Positions 59,570 to 64,000 of a DNA stretch of 64,000 bases are shown piece after piece. Below the pieces are notes generated by a model. It saw only the letters and a program-made list of their open reading frames with translations, did no database searches and was not told the DNA's origin. The position numbers and the translations under genes were made by a program. Numbering within the stretch: the stretch's first letter is position 1; every line of letters starts with the position of its first letter. Origin of the DNA: Patescibacteria group bacterium (lineage in GTDB: Bacteria; Patescibacteriota; Patescibacteriia; Magasanikbacterales; GWA2-37-8); assembly GCA_004321885.1 (NCBI GenBank), contig SCQK01000013.1:96001-160000 (forward strand), in the 5' to 3' direction.

Positions 59570-61006
59570 TTAGGTTAATTTGTTTCCTACTTGTAAAACA
59601 GCTTCTTCGCCCAGGCGCGGGCCGATAATCTGCGCGCCGATGGGCAGGCCTTTTTTATTGTTCCCTACCGGCACCGACAGCGCGGGCATGCCAGCCACAG
59701 CCGCCGGGGCAACCATCACGTCGGCCATGTACATGGCCAGCGGGTCATCGGCCTTTTCGCCGAGGCCGAAGGCCGGAAACGGCGAGGTGGGCGTGAGCAG
59801 GACGTCAACATCTTTGAAAACATTTTCAAAATCATTTTTTATCAGCGTGCGCACTTTTTGCGCTTTCTTGTAATAGGCGTCATAGTAGCCGGCCGACAGG
59901 GCGTAGGTGCCGATGAGTATGCGGCGCTTCACTTCTTCGGGAAAGCCCTGCGCGCGCGATTTGGCGTAAAGGTCATATAAATTTTTCGCGTCGGCGCGTA
60001 CGCCATAACGCACGCCGTCCAGCCGCCCCAGATTGGAGCTATCCTCACTGGGCACGATAATATAGTAGACGGCGATGGCATACTTGGTAAAAGGCAAACT
60101 GACTTTTTTTATCTCGCACCCGGCCTCTTTTAATTTTTCCGCTTGCGCCAAAATAATTTCCCGCGTTTCTTTGTCCATTCCCTCCACATCCAAATATTCT
60201 TTAGGCAAACCCACTGTCAGGCCTTTGACGCTTTTGCTTATCGCCTTCGTGTATTTGGGAACTTTGTCGGCCACGGTCGTGGCGTCCAGCTTATCTTGTC
60301 CGGCCATTATTTCCATCAGCAGAGCGACGTCTTCTGCGGTCTTGGCCAGGGGGCCGACGGTATCAAGCGAGGAGGCCATTGGCATGATGCCAAAGCGTGA
60401 ATTACGGCCATAACTGGGGCGCAGACCAACGATACCGCAGAAAGCGGCTGGCTGGCGGATAGAGCCGCCTGTGTCTTCGGCAATGGCGTAAATACACATG
60501 TTATCGGCCACCGCCGCGGCCGAGCCCCCCGATGAACCGCCCGCCACTTTGCCGGTGTCGCGCGGATTGCGCACCGGGCCGTACATGCTATTTTCATTAC
60601 TGGCGCCGTGGCCGAAAGTGTCGCAATTATTTTTTCCCACAAGCACTCCGCCTTGCTGACGGATTTTTCTAATTACCGTGGCGTCAAACGGCGGAGTGTA
60701 GTTGTCCAAAATTTTTGCCGCGCCGGTGGAACGGATGCCGGCCGTGCAAATGGCGTCTTTGACCGCGAAAGGAACCCCCGTGAGGACATCACCTTTACCG
60801 GACGCCAGTATTTTATCCGCCGCCTTGGCCTCGGCCAAAGCCGAATCTTCGCAGACAGTAATAAAAGCGTTTATTTCTTTGTTGCGTTTTTTTATTCTAT
60901 CCAAACAAACCCTGGTAATTTCCACGGAGGTAAATTCTTTTTTCTTCAGTCCCTCGGCCGCTTGTTTAATTGTCAGTTCGTTTAATTCCATACTACTCTT
61001 CGCCAT
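59570..61006 (-). CDS. gatA: Asp-tRNA(Asn)/Glu-tRNA(Gln) amidotransferase subunit A
   Basis: amidase signature GGSSGGSAAAVA, Ser-cisSer-Lys triad context. Confidence 0.9.
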   Translation of the reverse strand: MAKSSMELNELTIKQAAEGLKKKEFTSVEITRVCLDRIKKRNKEINAFITVCEDSALAEAKAADKILASGKGDVLTGVPFAVKDAICTAGIRSTGAAKILDNYTPPFDATVIRKIRQQGGVLVGKNNCDTFGHGASNENSMYGPVRNPRDTGKVAGGSSGGSAAAVADNMCIYAIAEDTGGSIRQPAAFCGIVGLRPSYGRNSRFGIMPMASSLDTVGPLAKTAEDVALLMEIMAGQDKLDATTVADKVPKYTKAISKSVKGLTVGLPKEYLDVEGMDKETREIILAQAEKLKEAGCEIKKVSLPFTKYAIAVYYIIVPSEDSSNLGRLDGVRYGVRADAKNLYDLYAKSRAQGFPEEVKRRILIGTYALSAGYYDAYYKKAQKVRTLIKNDFENVFKDVDVLLTPTSPFPAFGLGEKADDPLAMYMADVMVAPAAVAGMPALSVPVGNNKKGLPIGAQIIGPRLGEEAVLQVGNKLT

Positions 61007-61286
61007 TAAAAACTCCGGGGACGACCAGCTCGTTGTCTGATACTTTCGGCATCTGGGTCAGTAATTCTTTTTTCGTGGCGCAATCACGCGGCGCGTCTTC
61101 GCGAGTCACGTCGGACAAACCGGTAACCTGTGAGGTCGGCTCAATATTTTCCGTATCCACTTCGTTCAAAATCTTCATGTAATCCAAAACCGCCGAAATC
61201 GTTTCGGCGTGGCGTTTTTCTTCCGCCGGAGTGAGTTCTATCCGCGCCAGTTTAGCGATATTTTTTACTTCTTCAATGGTGAGCAT
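60993..61286 (-). CDS. gatC: Asp-tRNA(Asn)/Glu-tRNA(Gln) amidotransferase subunit C
   Basis: MLTIEEVKNIAKLARIELT...; overlaps gatA by 14 nt. Confidence 0.8.
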   Translation of the reverse strand: MLTIEEVKNIAKLARIELTPAEEKRHAETISAVLDYMKILNEVDTENIEPTSQVTGLSDVTREDAPRDCATKKELLTQMPKVSDNELVVPGVFNGEE

Positions 61287-61472
61287 AGTGTTTTTTTGCA
61301 ACAGTAATATTTCTACAATTTTTCAAACATTGTGGAAAATATTAAGCCGGACAGAGATTCCTCGGCTTCGCCTCGGAATAACAATCTACTGGATTCCGGC
61401 TCGTGGGCCGGAATGACAGCTGGGCTCCACAGCCCCGACTGAGTCGGGGACTATGGAGCCAGCAATTGACAA

Positions 61473-62846
61473 TTACCAGCCAAACGTTTTTGCCACATCA
61501 TCAAGCGTTTCTCGCCGGCGGATAATTTTTATTTCCCCGTTCTGCGCCAAAAGTTTGACCGGCGAAGAAAGCAGGCAATGGTGCGAAGCCAAGGCGTCTT
61601 GATACGCGCCGGTGTCAAAAATCGCCAGATACAAGCTGTCGTCTTTTTCCAAATCATCCAAACGCGGCAAAGAAATGTAGCTCCCCTGCCCAGTGTATTT
61701 ATCGTCGGCGTCGCAAGTCATGCCGGCCAGCCAGCTCTGGGTTTTATTTTTGCTGTTCAGATAATTCACCGGCACCACATGCCACTTTTGGTGCAAGGCC
61801 CAGGTGTCAAGCAAATCGTTCATGAAACTGCCATCCACCACGTACCACTTGCGATTCTTGCCCTGCTGGATGTCTTTTTCGCACAATACTTTGTAAATCG
61901 TCACCTGGGCCGGCGACACCACATAGCGCCCCCACTCGCAAACGATATTGGGCGGCGCGATTTGATTTTTCTCACAAAACTCCTTCAAAAATTTTATCAG
62001 GTTTTCTATCAAGCTGTCTATACTGTAGCGGAATTTGCGGTCGTAGGGAATGGGCATGCCGCCGCCGATGTCAAGCGTGTCCAGCGAGGGATTTATCTGC
62101 TTTAATTTCAAATACACTTCCATGGCTTTGCGCACGGGCCGCAAAATATCCTTAAGCAATTCTATCTGCGAGCCGATATGGTAATGCAAGATTTTTAGGT
62201 TCTTAATTTTCCCCAAACGGCTGATTTCTTTTTCCGTCAATCCATACCTGTCCACCTTGTGATTCCAGTGCGAACTCACCTTCACGTCCACGGACAAGCG
62301 GATGCCCACATTGCCGCGATACGATTTCAGATACGCCAGCTCGTTCAAATCCTCTATTATCGGAATGATGTCCAAATTTTTCGTTTTCAGCTCGCCGATG
62401 AGGTCTAAATATTCTTTGGTCTTTGGCCCGTTGCAAATCACTTTAATTTTATTGTTCAAACTGCCGGTGCTCCACATTTTTTTCACCAGCTTCAGCTCGT
62501 TGGCCGAGCCGGTCTCCAGATTGGCGCCTTCGGTTACCAGTGGCAAAATAAATTCTTTGTTCTGGTTCACCTTCATCGGGTAGTGATAAAAAAACTTGGC
62601 CGGATAGCGGTAAATCTTGACGTAGGAATTAAACAAATCAATCAGCTCATCCACGCGCTCTTCCAAAATGAACGGAAAAACTATCTCCAGAGGCGTGCCA
62701 TATTTTTTCACGATGTTCATCAGGTCATACTGGTAATTGCCTTCTTTGGCCACCAGATGATTAGCGCTGTTAATATCAAAATACTGGGTGTTGAAATTCT
62801 TCACTCCCAGCTTCCAATATTTGCGCAGGTTTTGCAGTTTTGGCAT
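61473..62846 (-). CDS. fold-type III PLP decarboxylase, biosynthetic arginine decarboxylase (SpeA)-like (start moved to the internal Met; ORF-track start 62999)
   Basis: YPMKVNQN, EAGSANELKLV, GGGMPIPYD, CEWGRYVVSPA blocks. Confidence 0.65.
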   Translation of the reverse strand: MPKLQNLRKYWKLGVKNFNTQYFDINSANHLVAKEGNYQYDLMNIVKKYGTPLEIVFPFILEERVDELIDLFNSYVKIYRYPAKFFYHYPMKVNQNKEFILPLVTEGANLETGSANELKLVKKMWSTGSLNNKIKVICNGPKTKEYLDLIGELKTKNLDIIPIIEDLNELAYLKSYRGNVGIRLSVDVKVSSHWNHKVDRYGLTEKEISRLGKIKNLKILHYHIGSQIELLKDILRPVRKAMEVYLKLKQINPSLDTLDIGGGMPIPYDRKFRYSIDSLIENLIKFLKEFCEKNQIAPPNIVCEWGRYVVSPAQVTIYKVLCEKDIQQGKNRKWYVVDGSFMNDLLDTWALHQKWHVVPVNYLNSKNKTQSWLAGMTCDADDKYTGQGSYISLPRLDDLEKDDSLYLAIFDTGAYQDALASHHCLLSSPVKLLAQNGEIKIIRRRETLDDVAKTFGW

Positions 62847-63008
62847 ATTGGTAGCCCGTACGGGAATCGCACCCGTCTTTTCGCCGTGAGAGGGCGATGT
62901 CCTAGCTGATAGACGAACGGGCCATCGTTCGCGCCCGTTCCGAAACGAACGCGCCATTTTTAGCGAAAATATTGTACCAACAAAAAACGTAAAAGTCAAT
63001 TTGAATGG

Positions 63009-63758
63009 CTATTTTTTCATCAATTTCTCAATCACCTCCACGTCATTATTTTTCGCGAACGCTCCGTAAATCGCTTTCAATTCCTTTTGATTAAACCCGT
63101 AACCCAATTCAAGCGCTTGCTTGGCCGAGCCGTACGCTTTATCCAAATCATTCTTGTTTAGATAAATCAACGCCAGCATCCAGTGCGATTCGGCAATGCC
63201 CGGCGCCAAGTCAATGGCTTCCTGCGCCAGCTTGATCGCCTCGTCATTCTTGCCTTGCAACATCTTGGCGCGCGCCAAACCCCAGATAATTGTTTGCCGG
63301 CGCGGACTGTAGGGCAGAATTTTTTTATACTGCTCCACGGCCGCTTCCAAGTAACCGGGGTTTAGCCAAAAATCATAACCGTCTTGATAGGCCCTGGCCA
63401 AAATCGCGCCGGCGCGCGCGTCGGCCGGATATTTTTCCAAATAAAATTTCATGGCGCCCTCTCCCACCGAATACATATCCGCGGCCAATTTTCGGTAATC
63501 GGAAAAAGCAAAATCCGGGTGCTGGGCCAGCCATACCAAGAAAAATTGTCCGAATTCAAAAGAGATGTCGTAGGCGTACGGATTTGGTTTTATTTTTATC
63601 GCCTCTTTGTGCAGTTTGATGGCCGAGCCGAAGTCGGTCATCGCTTTTCTGATGGCCAGGGCCGAAATATGGTCGGCCTTGGCCGGAATAATGGAAAAGC
63701 GGTTGATGAGAATGAAGGCGGCGAAAAAAATAAGCAAGATGGCGAGGAGGCGTGTCAT
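63009..63758 (-). CDS. TPR-repeat membrane protein (start moved past a repeat-derived N-terminal extension)
   Basis: N-terminal TM LLAILLIFFAAFILI; TPR-like helices. Confidence 0.6.
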   Translation of the reverse strand: MTRLLAILLIFFAAFILINRFSIIPAKADHISALAIRKAMTDFGSAIKLHKEAIKIKPNPYAYDISFEFGQFFLVWLAQHPDFAFSDYRKLAADMYSVGEGAMKFYLEKYPADARAGAILARAYQDGYDFWLNPGYLEAAVEQYKKILPYSPRRQTIIWGLARAKMLQGKNDEAIKLAQEAIDLAPGIAESHWMLALIYLNKNDLDKAYGSAKQALELGYGFNQKELKAIYGAFAKNNDVEVIEKLMKK

Positions 63759-64000
63759 TGCGAGAAGCCCCGACGTAACGTCGGGGCGACGCGGCAATCT
63801 CTCATTTGCCTGGGATTGCTTCGGCCTTTCACGCCTCGCAATGACATCCACCCCGGCCAAAAGATAGAAAAAAAATAAATACGATGACTCGTTTTCAAAA
63901 ACAAACAAATTTTGAACCAGGTGCGCGGTAAAAAAAGCGCCCAGGCCAATGGCTAAAATCCAATCACGATTATCTGGATTCCGAGCCCGAAGGGCTCCAT

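Noticed and set aside
1-64000. CRISPR array
   Set aside because: The abundant repeats are dispersed palindromes of several unrelated families with irregular spacing. There are no runs of identical direct repeats with unique spacers, and no cas genes.

Overview
This looks like a small-genome, CPR/Patescibacteria-like bacterial contig. Evidence for that: archaeal/eukaryote-type ProRS, GatCA, many short hypothetical membrane or secreted proteins, tRNAs mostly without encoded CCA, about 45-50% GC with a few GC-rich islands, and dense coding mostly on the minus strand.

Housekeeping genes found:
- Replication and repair: dnaX, holB, xseA/xseB.
- Protein export: secA, secD/secF.
- Cell shape and metabolism: mreB, tpiA, pyrH-like, speA-like.
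- Translation: proS, frr, rplJ/rplL, rpmG, gatCA.
- Membrane and envelope: lgt, M16 and M50 peptidases, two glycosyltransferases.

The most notable points are listed below.
1) A tRNA cluster ordered like E. coli thrU-tyrU-thrT (Thr-UGU, Tyr-GUA, Thr-GGU), in which both the tRNA-Tyr and the tRNA-Thr(GGU) genes are interrupted in the anticodon loop by small group I-like introns (212 and 189 nt). A possible homing-endonuclease-like ORF sits between them. It is followed by an rpmG gene that the ORF track missed, and then tRNA-Trp.
2) At least five families of short hairpin repeats are scattered through the window: GTCATTCCGG..CCGGAATCC, GTCATTGCGAGC..GCTCGCAATGAC, CCCCTCCC..GGGAGGGG (some copies carrying a CCACCACACCAAA..TTTGGTGTGGTGG core), CCCGACTTAGTCGGG, and GGGCTCCACAG..CTATGGAGCC. 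Many copies sit inside coding sequence without breaking the frame (dnaX, secA twice, dihydrouridine synthase twice, M16 peptidase, tsaB-like), or they form gene N- or C-termini. This resembles Rickettsia palindromic elements.
3) SecD has its periplasmic head replaced or augmented by parvulin-type PPIase domains.
4) An 848-aa membrane-anchored TraD/VirD4/HerA-like P-loop ATPase has an ATPase-less paralogue of its N-terminal roughly 415-aa module, encoded 6 kb away next to a 53-aa membrane peptide.
5) An ECF sigma factor, a putative anti-sigma factor and a MacAB-like ABC exporter with a very long coiled-coil adaptor form one cluster.
6) An AT-rich restriction-modification module (SPPY beta-class methyltransferase plus an overlapping PD-ExK-like nuclease).
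7) Three compositionally foreign GC-rich islands. One is a self-contained cassette with a textbook sigma70 promoter and an intrinsic terminator. One is a roughly 250-nt element bounded by a perfect 12-bp inverted repeat, a candidate ncRNA or MITE.
8) Degraded gene remnants at the left edge.

No CRISPR arrays and no rRNA genes were found.
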